The position numbers and the translations under genes are program-made. A model generated the notes under the pieces. It searched no databases and had not been told where the DNA came from. It saw only the letters and a program-made list of their open reading frames with translations. This document shows positions 1 to 10,809 of a DNA stretch of 64,000 nucleotides, piece after piece (the stretch's first letter is position 1; each line of letters opens with the position of its first letter). Source of the DNA: Octopus bimaculoides (lineage: Eukaryota); NCBI RefSeq assembly GCF_001194135.2, contig NC_068985.1, positions 67,576,891 through 67,640,890 on the forward strand, given 5' to 3'.

Positions 1-150
1 GGGCGTGCACATTTTTTAACTGATGGGGGTGGAAGTGGTGTATGTAGTTTGGAATTGGTTAATAATATTTTCAAAGATTTGTGTTGCCTTTTGCATTTAA
101 GGACTTTGTGCGTATTAATGATATTGTTCATTTTCGGGTCTGTGGTGAGC
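1..150 (-). mobile_element. Penelope-like element fragment: linker upstream of the GIY-YIG domain, inverted relative to 152-690
   Basis: The minus strand reads LTTDPKMNNIINTHKVLKCKRQHKSLKILLTNSKLHTPLPPPSVKKCARP. This matches the PLE linker pattern KRQPKxLKxLLTxxK...VKKCxRPRC. It runs off the window edge. Confidence 0.7.
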
Positions 151-151
151 A

Positions 152-690
152 ATGGAAGGTTTTGTTTATGTCCTCACTTGCGCAGGTTGCCAAAACTTCT
201 ATATCGGACCGACGAGCCTTCCATTGCGTAGAGGAGTAGCTGTCCATAAGGAACAAATAAACCTCCCTCAATACCGCCAAATTCCACTCAGTGGCCACAT
301 AGACTCTTGCACCAGAGACAAAAACCCTAAATTCATTATATTCCCTTTCTATCAATGTAAAGACAGAATCTCCACACAAGAAAGAATCAACAAGGAGAAT
401 CTTTTCATAGAGAAATTCCAACCATTTCTTAACACACACACCCCTCAGTGACCTTATTTCTCTATGAACAGACACAAGCTTCCTGTTGAAAAAGAGTTCA
501 TAACTCCAACTAAAAACATTTGTACCCCTTACACACACTTCCTGTTTTGACACCACATTTCCTGCTTAACACAAACTTTTAACCCTTTTTTTAAACCTAA
601 CAAAACTCTCAACTCTCATGCATCCTTATTTTTCCTACCAGTTTATAGATGAACTACTATTGAACTACAAAAACTCAAAGACAATATAAT
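152..690 (+). mobile_element. Penelope-like element 3' end: GIY-YIG endonuclease plus 3' UTR
   Basis: ORF 152-451 has VYVLTCAGCQNFYIG...H...HIDSC...KENLFIEKFQPFLN, the PLE GIY-YIG signature. The element ends at an N gap. Confidence 0.85.
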
Positions 691-1360
691 GTATGGGTAT
701 NNNNNNNNNNNNNNNNNNNNNNNNNNNNNNNNNNNNNNNNNNNNNNNNNNNNNNNNNNNNNNNNNNNNNNNNNNNNNNNNNNNNNNNNNNNNNNNNNNNN
801 NNNNNNNNNNNNNNNNNNNNNNNNNNNNNNNNNNNNNNNNNNNNNNNNNNNNNNNNNNNNNNNNNNNNNNNNNNNNNNNNNNNNNNNNNNNNNNNNNNNN
901 NNNNNNNNNNNNNNNNNNNNNNNNNNNNNNNNNNNNNNNNNNNNNNNNNNNNNNNNNNNNNNNNNNNNNNNNNNNNNNNNNNNNNNNNNNNNNNNNNNNN
1001 NNNNNNNNNNNNNNNNNNNNNNNNNNNNNNNNNNNNNNNNNNNNNNNNNNNNNNNNNNNNNNNNNNNNNNNNNNNNNNNNNNNNNNNNNNNNNNNNNNNN
1101 NNNNNNNNNNNNNNNNNNNNNNNNNNNNNNNNNNNNNNNNNNNNNNNNNNNNNNNNNNNNNNNNNNNNNNNNNNNNNNNNNNNNNNNNNNNNNNNNNNNN
1201 NNNNNNNNNNNNNNNNNNNNNNNNNNNNNNNNNNNNNNNNNNNNNNNNNNNNNNNNNNNNNNNNNNNNNNNNNNNNNNNNNNNNNNNNNNNNNNNNNNNN
1301 NNNNNNNNNNNNNNNNNNNNNNNNNNNNNNNNNNNNNNNNNNNNNNNNNNNNNNNNNNNN

Positions 1361-1411
<51 letters not shown>

Positions 1412-1413
<2 letters not shown>

Positions 1414-3738
1414 ACTAATTTAGAGACGAATCACCACTCTACAACTCAGTCAAAGAAGAACCTGTCCAAAACCATGCTGTCAGATATATACCATATAAAA
1501 ACAAATCAAAAAATGTTAATAATTTTAAGAATATATAATATATCATGCAAAGAAACATTCATCATAAAATAATATTAATCTAAAAATCAAATGAAGTATA
1601 AATTGGACAGTAAAAATTTTATTAAAATACTTTATAAAAATATAAAAGTCAGTGCTTGTACATAGACTACGCGCGTTTCATGGCTTAATTAGAACTATAT
1701 AAAATCATGAGAAAATTAAATCCAAGTTTAGTAGAACACGAAAATGATTTTACTCCCAATATCAGTCACACTTCAGGTCAAATTACTAAAAAAAGCACTG
1801 ATATCATTATTAAAAGTTACAAACTAAAAATATTCAAATAGAGTGTTATAGTGAAAATTTTTTTAATATTATGAGAGAAGGAAAAAATGTAAAAAACGGT
1901 GTACTTTAGCATTTATAGTGAAAAATCACGTGATAAATATGGCGTCCATTACCCAGAGATGAATAGTATTATATTTACTATAATAATAACGAAATTATCG
2001 AAAAAGAAAATCTACCTAAAGTATATAGTTTATTGAAGATTTAAAATACTCAAAACCCTCAAATCTATACAGAATAATAACTATAAAACGTACGAAATTT
2101 ATGTATTACGTAAATAAAGCTATAAAATATTGTAAAAGAGTACACATATTATCGTTGACGCCTTTATAGTCTAAAGGTAAAGCTTATTATATGTATTTAA
2201 CTCTACTAATCATAACTTTAAGTTGGTAACTTCTCAAAGGTTTAAATAAATAAATTAGTTATCTAAACTTATTATATAAATAATTTAATTTTTACATTGA
2301 ATATTACCCTCATCGTAGGAGTTAAGTAATTTTTTAATTAGTGAATACTATCTCTTTAAATTCGTTTGTACATATGAAGCAGCATCTATTCTCTTTTCTA
2401 TACGATTTATCCTTGCACATTATTTCCCATTTTAACTCGTATTTTATTCTGTTTGATTTAAGTTCCTTTTGACTAAGGCCCGTAGAGTTCATTATATTTC
2501 CGTTCGTAAAAGAATTATTATATTGGGCCATCCGTGATTTAATTTTACTGGAAGTCGATCTTATGTAAATAGTATTTATATTATCATTATTACTATTGTT
2601 ATTATCCGTCAAATTCACTATACATTTATATACTACGTCCTTAACATTACATTTCTTATTACATTTACACTTAGTCTTATCTCTACAATTACAATCAATT
2701 GTATTTTGGTCTCCAATAGAGGTATTACTTAATTTAGTATTGTAAAACTCATTTAATTTAAATTTATTAAGGGATGAAATGATAATACCAACATTATTAG
2801 TGGTAGAGTAACCAACTCCAAATTTATTGCTAGAAAATATGTCCTTGTATTTATTATTGTCTTTAATAAACGTCTTAATTATATTTCAAATCAATTTAAG
2901 AATATTAGTTTTTACCTTTATCCCATAGGGAATTATTAGCCATATTTTATTATTCTTATTATTACTATGAGGTTTCTTTTTCATATTACTACCTACATCG
3001 AGCTACAGATTATTGTTAATGCTGTGTTTCTTATAATAGAAGGTGTATGCATCATTTCGATTATCTTTTAAATTATAATCATATTTAGAATTGTTGAAAA
3101 ATTTAATATTGTTTTTATATCTCGACTTATGAAGCACTGCATTATAATATAGTGCATGTTTATTGAATATCTCATAGTTCGAAGAAAGTACTGAACTTCT
3201 TTTCTCCTATATCATTTACTAACCGTTTCTTTACAGAAGTTGGATGGTTATTCTCATCATTAATATATATTAGGTTTTCATTGATTTTATGGTAAGGTTG
3301 GGCTATACCTGTTATTAAGTTAAAATTTACATCTAAGTAAATTTACATTACTATTTTCGTGAGTCACTGATTTATTTTGGGAATAAAATCATTTTCTCGT
3401 TCTAATGAAATTGGATAGAATTTTCTTATGAATTTATATAGTCCTAATTCAGCCATGAAACGCACGTAGTCTATGTACAAACACTGACTTTTATATTTTT
3501 ATACATGATATTATTGTATAAATTTTTACTGTCCAATATATACTTCATTTGATTTTTAGATTAATATTTTTTATGATGAATGTTTCTTTGCATGATATAT
3601 TATATATTATTAAAATTATTAAAATTTTAGATCAAAATTGTAGGTTAGTATTTATATGGTATATGTCTCACATCATTGTTTTGGACGGGTTCTTCGTTGA
3701 CTGAGTTGTAGAGTGGTGGTTCGTCTCTAAATTAGTTA
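1412..3738 (-). mobile_element. 5'-truncated Penelope-like element with ~360-bp terminal inverted repeats, inserted in (TA)n
   Basis: 1412-~1770 is the reverse complement of ~3362-3738 (taactaatttagagacgaa... at both ends). Inside on minus lie an RT-thumb remnant DVNFNLITGIAQPYHKINENLIYINDENNHPTS (~3230-3340) and GIY-YIG ORF 2334-2618 (IYIRSTSSKIKSRMAQYNNSF...KWEIMCK...CFICTNE). Confidence 0.85.
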
Positions 3739-3824
3739 TATACATACATATTCTATATTAAGAAATTCGGTCTAATATTATTATACTGAATTTTACCTGT
3801 AAGTTTGGAATAATTTATTATTCC

Positions 3825-3866
<42 letters not shown>

Positions 3867-4059
3867 CAGTAATGCTCGGCGTTCCTCGGGTTAAAGACAT
3901 TAATCAAATTAAAAAAGGCCGCCAAGATTACTCAGGTCTAAACTGCTAGTAGCTGAGATACCAACTTTCTACATTAATAACACTCCAATCCATGCCGGCA
4001 TACAACATAGACGTTAAGTGAAATGTTAAAAGAAAGCTTTAAACTCATATATGTATATA

Positions 4060-5432
4060 AATTAACATGTGTTGTAGCATCTTGTGCGCGCTCATGCATG
4101 TATCTTGGGCTTGCTGTGAATGATGATGGAAGGATGGTTAGCTTAGCTGGCCCATGTTGTTGACATCCTGATCATTCAGCATTACATCTTGCCGGTGTGC
4201 ATATGATTCCACTCTCAGTTACGTCTGGTTCAGTCTCAAATACAGTAACTGTTCAGTTTCGATTTTTGCGTACGTGCCAACAATGAACTGACTGAACAGA
4301 TCTATACAATGTAGGATGTGGTTTGAATCTTGACTCCTGATCATGATGTGGAATGCATAGGAGTTATTGGATGAAACTCGCAGTGAGGAGTTTGTCTGAC
4401 TGATGTCGATGTGGTATCTCGTCGATAACAGAACAGCAATGGATACTGTAATGCATCATAGGATCTGTGTGTTTCTGAAAGCCTCATCCGTGTGCTGTCT
4501 CTGAGATGGAGGACAATGTCACGCTTGTCATATTACTGCCCAACCAGAAGCACAGCTATTTCATTTGCTGTTGGCACATTAAACCTCCCGCCATGTTGAC
4601 CAGATGGTTTGTCTGACCTGATAACAACCTCGTAATCCATGGAGTCAGGTGGAATTCTTCCAAGCGCAGTCTTGAAGTTTCTTATTATGTTGTTGTTGTT
4701 ATGCAGCATCTTTTGGAGAGACACTACCATGTTCATCCTGATGCCGGAAATGTTCTTGCACCTATTTGCCCTTCATGTTGAGAATCACCCATCAAGTATA
4801 TTTGAAGGTATTTGGTGACTCATTTGACAGCGGTAGTAGAGAGCCAATTCGATGATAAATCTGACCTTGGATCTTGAAAGTTCGCAAGAATATTGGCTCA
4901 GTTATATCTCTTGTGGATCCAAATGATGTCATCTGTAGTGCAGCGTTGTATTGTCTAATTTGTTTTGTAAGTTCTTAGAATGATGGTCAGTTGATGACAA
5001 CAGTTTCTTCAATGTTTCCGGAGGTTCGGGGATTGCAGGGAGTTTAACCTATCTACCACTGCAGCATAGTAAGTTGCATGTTTCTCTCCAAGCCACTTCC
5101 TTACTTTAAAATGTCTGCATTCTGTTGTTATTGCACTAATGGAAACTGTAGTGTCATCTGCATGATTTGCTGGATCATAATTGAAAGCTACTTCACAGAA
5201 GTTACTTCTCGAAGCTGTTGCAACTGCTCTTCGTTCTGCAGTGGAGATCCTATTCCTTGTCGAACGTGTATAAATCTGTTCATCTCTGAGATGTTCTGGG
5301 TTTTTTAGTGCACAGTCTGTTCACTACTTTGTATGCTTCCCTTTGTACAAGTGTTTATCTTTCCCTGGACAGAGTCATTCTTCTGACTGACCTTGACATT
5401 GTAGACACATTTGACACTTTCCTTCTAGGCAT
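4060..5432 (-). mobile_element. Decayed Helitron Rep N-terminal coding fragment (helitron_like_N region)
   Basis: Frameshifted minus-strand peptides: PEPPETLKKLL...IRQYNAALQMTSFG...FKIQGQIYHRIGSLLP; RFNVPTANEIAVLLVG (ORF 4533-4736); SYDALQYPLLF; ILPSSFTASPRYMHERAQDA. Putative ATG at 5432. The sequence breaks off before the Rep core and helicase. Confidence 0.9.
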
Positions 5433-6155
5433 GGTTACATACGTATACAGAAATACATGGGTGTGAAAGATAATAAAGAATGAAAATAACTGGGTGAATG
5501 AAATTATAGTTCTTAATACAACGAGCAGAAAGTAAATAAGAAAACTTTATGAAAATTAAGAATTGTACTGGTTGAAGCGAAATTTGTCACTCAGTGAACC
5601 AAAGAGGCATTATCGAATGAACCAGAAAAAAAACGTCAACAACAGAAAAACACAACACCGTTACAAAAGTAAATAAAACATTTCTAGGGAACTTAAATAA
5701 GTGTACGGATTTAAGTGAAATTTTTGAAGTTACTTCTGTCAGCAGATTATGAAATTAATTTCATAAGTAATTGTGTACTTCTTTCTGTCAGTAATTTGTG
5801 GTTGTTGTCTGTGAATAGCGATTCAAAACTTACAGTGAAAACAATGCCGATTGAACTTAAAATGAAACAATTGATACTGAAAATTTAAAGTGAAAAGAAT
5901 AACGTCTGAAAAATGAGAGTGAAACAATACAGAGTGCGTGAGATATAGAGAGAGGGAGAATGAGAGAGCGATAGTTATTTGACAAGTTAGATATAGATAG
6001 ATATAGATAGATTAAACATAGACAGATACATACAGGGATATAGATAAATACAGAGACAAAGAGATAGAGAAATAGAAAGACAAAGAGATAGATAGATAGA
6101 TGATAGATAATAAGATAGATAGANNNNNNNNNNATCTTAATCTTAATCTTATTTC

Positions 6156-6200
6156 GGCCAGAGTTCTTTCGTCACACTTCTGTGACCTCATCAGTGGTCC
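6156..6200 (-). ncRNA. Candidate minimal type I hammerhead ribozyme
   Basis: The minus strand reads GGACCA-CTGATGA-G-GTCACA-GAAG-TGTGAC-GAAA-G-AA-CTC-TGGCC. Both core boxes are intact, the stem II hairpin is a perfect 6 bp, stem I is GGACCA/TGGCC with one bulge, and stem III is vestigial. Confidence 0.55.
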
Positions 6201-9200
6201 TTTGTTTCCTTCTTTCTTATGTGTGTCTCACCATATATACACACACACACGCACACACACACACACAGAGAAAGAGATAGACAGAGATATATATTGATAT
6301 AGAAAGATAGAAAGATAGGTAGTTTTCTGTGTGAATGCGATATGTACCGTGCTTAGGAGTCGCTAGAAAACCGGAAGTAAATATTTAAAAACTCTCGAAG
6401 ATATGAATCTAATACAAAAACCAATATTGTTTATTTTTAATTTAAAAAATCAAATGAAGAGCCCAGCATGTGTCCGAGGTCAAATTATTCACGTTTCACC
6501 AGTATGGAAGCAACAGACGAAGCCTTTTTCGCGTGAAAGCGAATGCACACACATCTCTATTTTATATATGCATATTATATGTATATATATGTGTGTGTTT
6601 TTGTGTGTTTCTGTGTGTGTGTGAGCGTGTGTAAGGTGATACGTGCGTTAAAAATAATGCAAAACAATAAAATACAGAAAAATAGCAAAAGAATACAATA
6701 TGACGTGATCACGTGATCGACCAGACTATTCCGGATTTTTCGTAACATTTTTTGCAACTTCAAATTTTACACCATCAGCTGTATGGTGACCATCATCGTG
6801 TCGAAATTATTTTAATCTTCAATATGAAATGACGCGTATAACCTAAATGTTAATGAACTTGTTTTATAAAATATCGTCCACCTTTTCTAATCTATACTAG
6901 TTGCATAAATGCTTGAAGCTTACGCAAACACACAATGCGTGTTTTAACTAATAAAATAATGTTACCTTTTTTTAGTTTTAATGCTGTGCTTATGTAACCG
7001 CAGCAATGTCTGATCACATTCTTGTACATTTAAACGACTTATATTTATATGCTGGATTGTGTTAGAATATAAGTAAATCAGAGGTATAACAGAAAGACGA
7101 GCATGTGACTAAATTAATCTCAGCAGTTATTCTTATCCTTCCATATAACGGGGTCAAACATTGTCGAATATATTATATACATATGATAAATTAGCATATA
7201 CACACACATATTTTTGTGTATGTGTCTGTGCGAGTCTGTGTATGTGTATAAGTATTTTGCGTCCTGATAATTTAGAAACTTCAAGAAATATGAAATGAGA
7301 CACTTTTATCAGGGAGACTAGAACTAGATAAAGCTATAATAAAGCATTGAGTTGAAAGGCATTAAATTCTGCCCATGGCACTCACACATATTCTGTAAGC
7401 TTGATAGAAGTATATAATAATATGTAGAATGATGTGTTTAGTATTCTACAAATTACCATTTATTGATCTATCTACTACGATGTCTATATTTAATATCGAG
7501 ATACTTCTATGCAAATATTTTAACCCAATATTATTGCAAAATCTAATTGGATATATTTCCAACTTATCCTGAATAAGAATCAGGTGGCTGAACGTCATGC
7601 CTTGTTCTGATCTGAGCTGATTGTTAATTTGCTGATGCATTGAAAAGAATAAAAGGCTTAATAAAACGAAGTGTCTCTTACACGAATATGTCGAATCGTG
7701 TGGAGCAGGTGTATGACAGTGTAAAATACATCTAGTAGAGTTTTGATGTTCTGCAATTATAGATAGATCAACAATGTCCTACCTGGATATTATCCGAATT
7801 AGGAAGAAATTATAAAAACAAGCAGGAAAGATTATTGTATTGATTGCATGTGGTTTGCTAACCCGGACATTGTTAACATCAATGTTTCAAAGCAGCGATT
7901 TTAGGAGTAAAACTGTCGGAATATGCTGACAACTTTTTGATATGCAATTGTTAGTGGTTGAAGCGCGTGACATGCAATGCTAGCTGTATCTATTATATAC
8001 ATACAGACGCACACATGCATTGTTATTAGATACCAGATGGACAAGCTCAGACGATGGTTATATTGTGCCATTTAGCTGTTGCATGTGCGGAAAAGAAACT
8101 AAAGTTTTGTTGTTTTTTTTTTGTCAATTGTTTTGTCGCATGAAATTAATGTCGCTAAGATATTACATACGCAGAGAAACATACATGTGTACTTGCATCC
8201 CTCATGTTACGATATATGCATATAGTATATGCGTATGACTGCATTTGTGTGCGTGTTGGGACAGAATCCTTTTAAATTGCTGGAAATAGCAGATGACCTA
8301 GAAATTGCTCAAATGTAGCCTCCTCACATTTAAATAGGAAGGACACATTTGACTTTATATTTCTCCACATAACAATCAGTACAGGAACAGAAAGGCATCT
8401 TACTGATCATGGATATCATAATTAATATGTAGTTCTACATACAGAAGGCAGACTTGATTGTCATGGCCGAGGAACATTTTTTTATCAGAAAGTTACTTTG
8501 TCACATCTAATCGTTGTTTAAATGCTCTCCAAAGATATGTCACAATCGGTCTGTGCATAAAAATCAAGAGTCCCATCATTACCAAATTTTGCACTGTTTT
8601 GTTTTAAATGGAAGGACAATATAAACGGATTACTTCCTGATATTAAAAAGGGTAGATTGTCACATTTCCAATGCTTATTAATAAAAATACTATGAAACAA
8701 ATGTACACTTTTGAGAAATCGACAACACAAAAACGGGAGTTTAGATAGCGATTCCAAAAGTACCCAGAACGAAGAAGAGTCTTGAATTTTACCAAAGTAT
8801 ATTCTACATAAGGCAGTATTTGTACGGACGTGTATGTGCCAGTGCGACTGTGTACGTGCGTCGGTGTATCTGTGTTTTATACACGTTTGTATGCACAAAA
8901 CCCCTCTCACTCCCCCAAACTCATGCAGAAGTAATATATGTATCCCTCCTTACGTCTTTCTCTTTCTTGTTTTCCTGTATATACACACACGCACACACAC
9001 ATATATATATATACACACGTATGGGAATATGCATACATACACACATACATAACTCCATATATAAAACTATTACACACACGCACAGACTCAAGCATAAATA
9101 TAGTTTATAAAATATCTAGAACGCAGTAAATCATCGATGATTTCCATTTCTTTTTTTATTTAACGTATCTTTTTATATATTATCCGATATTAAGCTGTAA

Positions 9201-10093
9201 TATTCCGCTTAGTATTTGTCCTCTGCGCTATCGATTTCTTCGATATTAAACATATTACAACATATTCCTATATTATATAGTGTAACTTGCAAAGAGAATT
9301 TCTACAATTCCAAACTGATTATCTGATATAAAAGTTGTCTGTTGAAACCTTTTCTGAGTTGCCATCAATGAGCATGCTGCCAATAATTGGATCACGAATA
9401 TAAATGGTTGGATTTGGCATCATGCTTTCCTACAAGTTATAATGCTCGTATTATAATATTATAAAATTGGGATCTCTGTCATGTTACCTAATTTCTTTCT
9501 AACGCAGTTCATCACAAACGGAAGGCTTTCAATCGTTTATTTTTTTTCTTTTTTACCTACCATCATAATTTTTTCTAGTTTCATAGTTCCTACTTCATAT
9601 GAAGCCGTATCGCTTTTAAAAGAAATCTTCAGTGGAAATCTGCAATATTCGAGAGATCATTCATAAAGATCAATCCTTATTACTATTCGGTATCGAATGA
9701 AGTAGGTTTTCATATCAGTTTTAATCCGCACTTAGTCAGTGCTTTGGCACCTTGCAGATAAGATAAGGAGTCATATGAACTCTTCTGTCCACTTCTACAT
9801 TTCTCAGTTTTCTCTTCAAAGCATTTACGTTTCTCTTTCCGTTTCTCTTTACGTTTCTTCTCTTCTATCTTTCTCTATAAATTCTGCCCAGTTCATATAT
9901 CTGTTTCCCACATTCAGCCTCACACTTGCTTTTCTCAGCTCATCAAACATTTACAGTATTCTACATATTTTATGATTTACATATACTACATATATGTGTA
10001 TGTGGTTATACACACATGCACACGCATACAATCTCTCTCCCTATATCTCTCTCATGCACACTCACATATATACATATATGTTACAATTTCTTG

Positions 10094-10134
<41 letters not shown>

Positions 10135-10144
10135 NNNNNNNNNN

Positions 10145-10183
<39 letters not shown>

Positions 10184-10809
10184 CATGTGTTTTATTTTAT
10201 TTTTAATCTAACACTTGCTTTCCCTTGCTGCATTCTTTCTCGTCTCGCTTCCTCTATATTTCACGGAAGTAAGTTATTTCCAATTTTGTTTATTTTCTCT
10301 CCCAATATCTTTTAAGTTTTATTCTAAGAAATAGTGCGTTCGCTTTATTTTTCACTTTCCAGTTAATTATCACATTTTAACACGTCTCCGAAGAAAGTCT
10401 TATGTATTTCATTTTTACATTCAACTCTATCGTAAACAGTCTTTGAAATATGATTGCATCATTTTATTCACCAATAAACAACTCTGGCTCATTCATTAAT
10501 AAGTCGTGGTCATTTTTATGTATTACTTAGTCTCTGCTCATTGTGTCTCTTATGACCTAGAGTTTTAATGCTCATGTTTATCATTTACACAAATATATAT
10601 ATGTGTGTGCGTGTGTGTGTGTGTGTGTGTGTGCGTGTGTGTGTTGCGAGTGTGAGTGTGTGTGTGTATATGTGTGTGTATGTGTGCGCATCCGTGTGTT
10701 TCTTCTGTTTTCTTTTCATTGCTTCCTTTTCTATTAGTTCCAACAATTACATTTTTGGTAGTCGCTTCACATTTTCCTCCCACATCTGAATTCCAGACAT
10801 ATCTTCTCG

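Noticed and set aside
665-1418. Long ORFs of 200+ aa in the track here and at 17986-18615, 18969-19700, 45367-46045, 48313-49038, 54809-55252 and 59676-60659
   Set aside because: They are artefacts of N gaps and stop-free microsatellites ([12 protein letters not shown], poly-X).
8518-9680. Possible minus-strand exons (GSNPFILSFHLKQNSAKF..., ESMMPNPTIYIRDP..., FPLKISFKSDTASYE)
   Set aside because: Donors are weak, the phases form no convincing chain, and no domain is recognisable.
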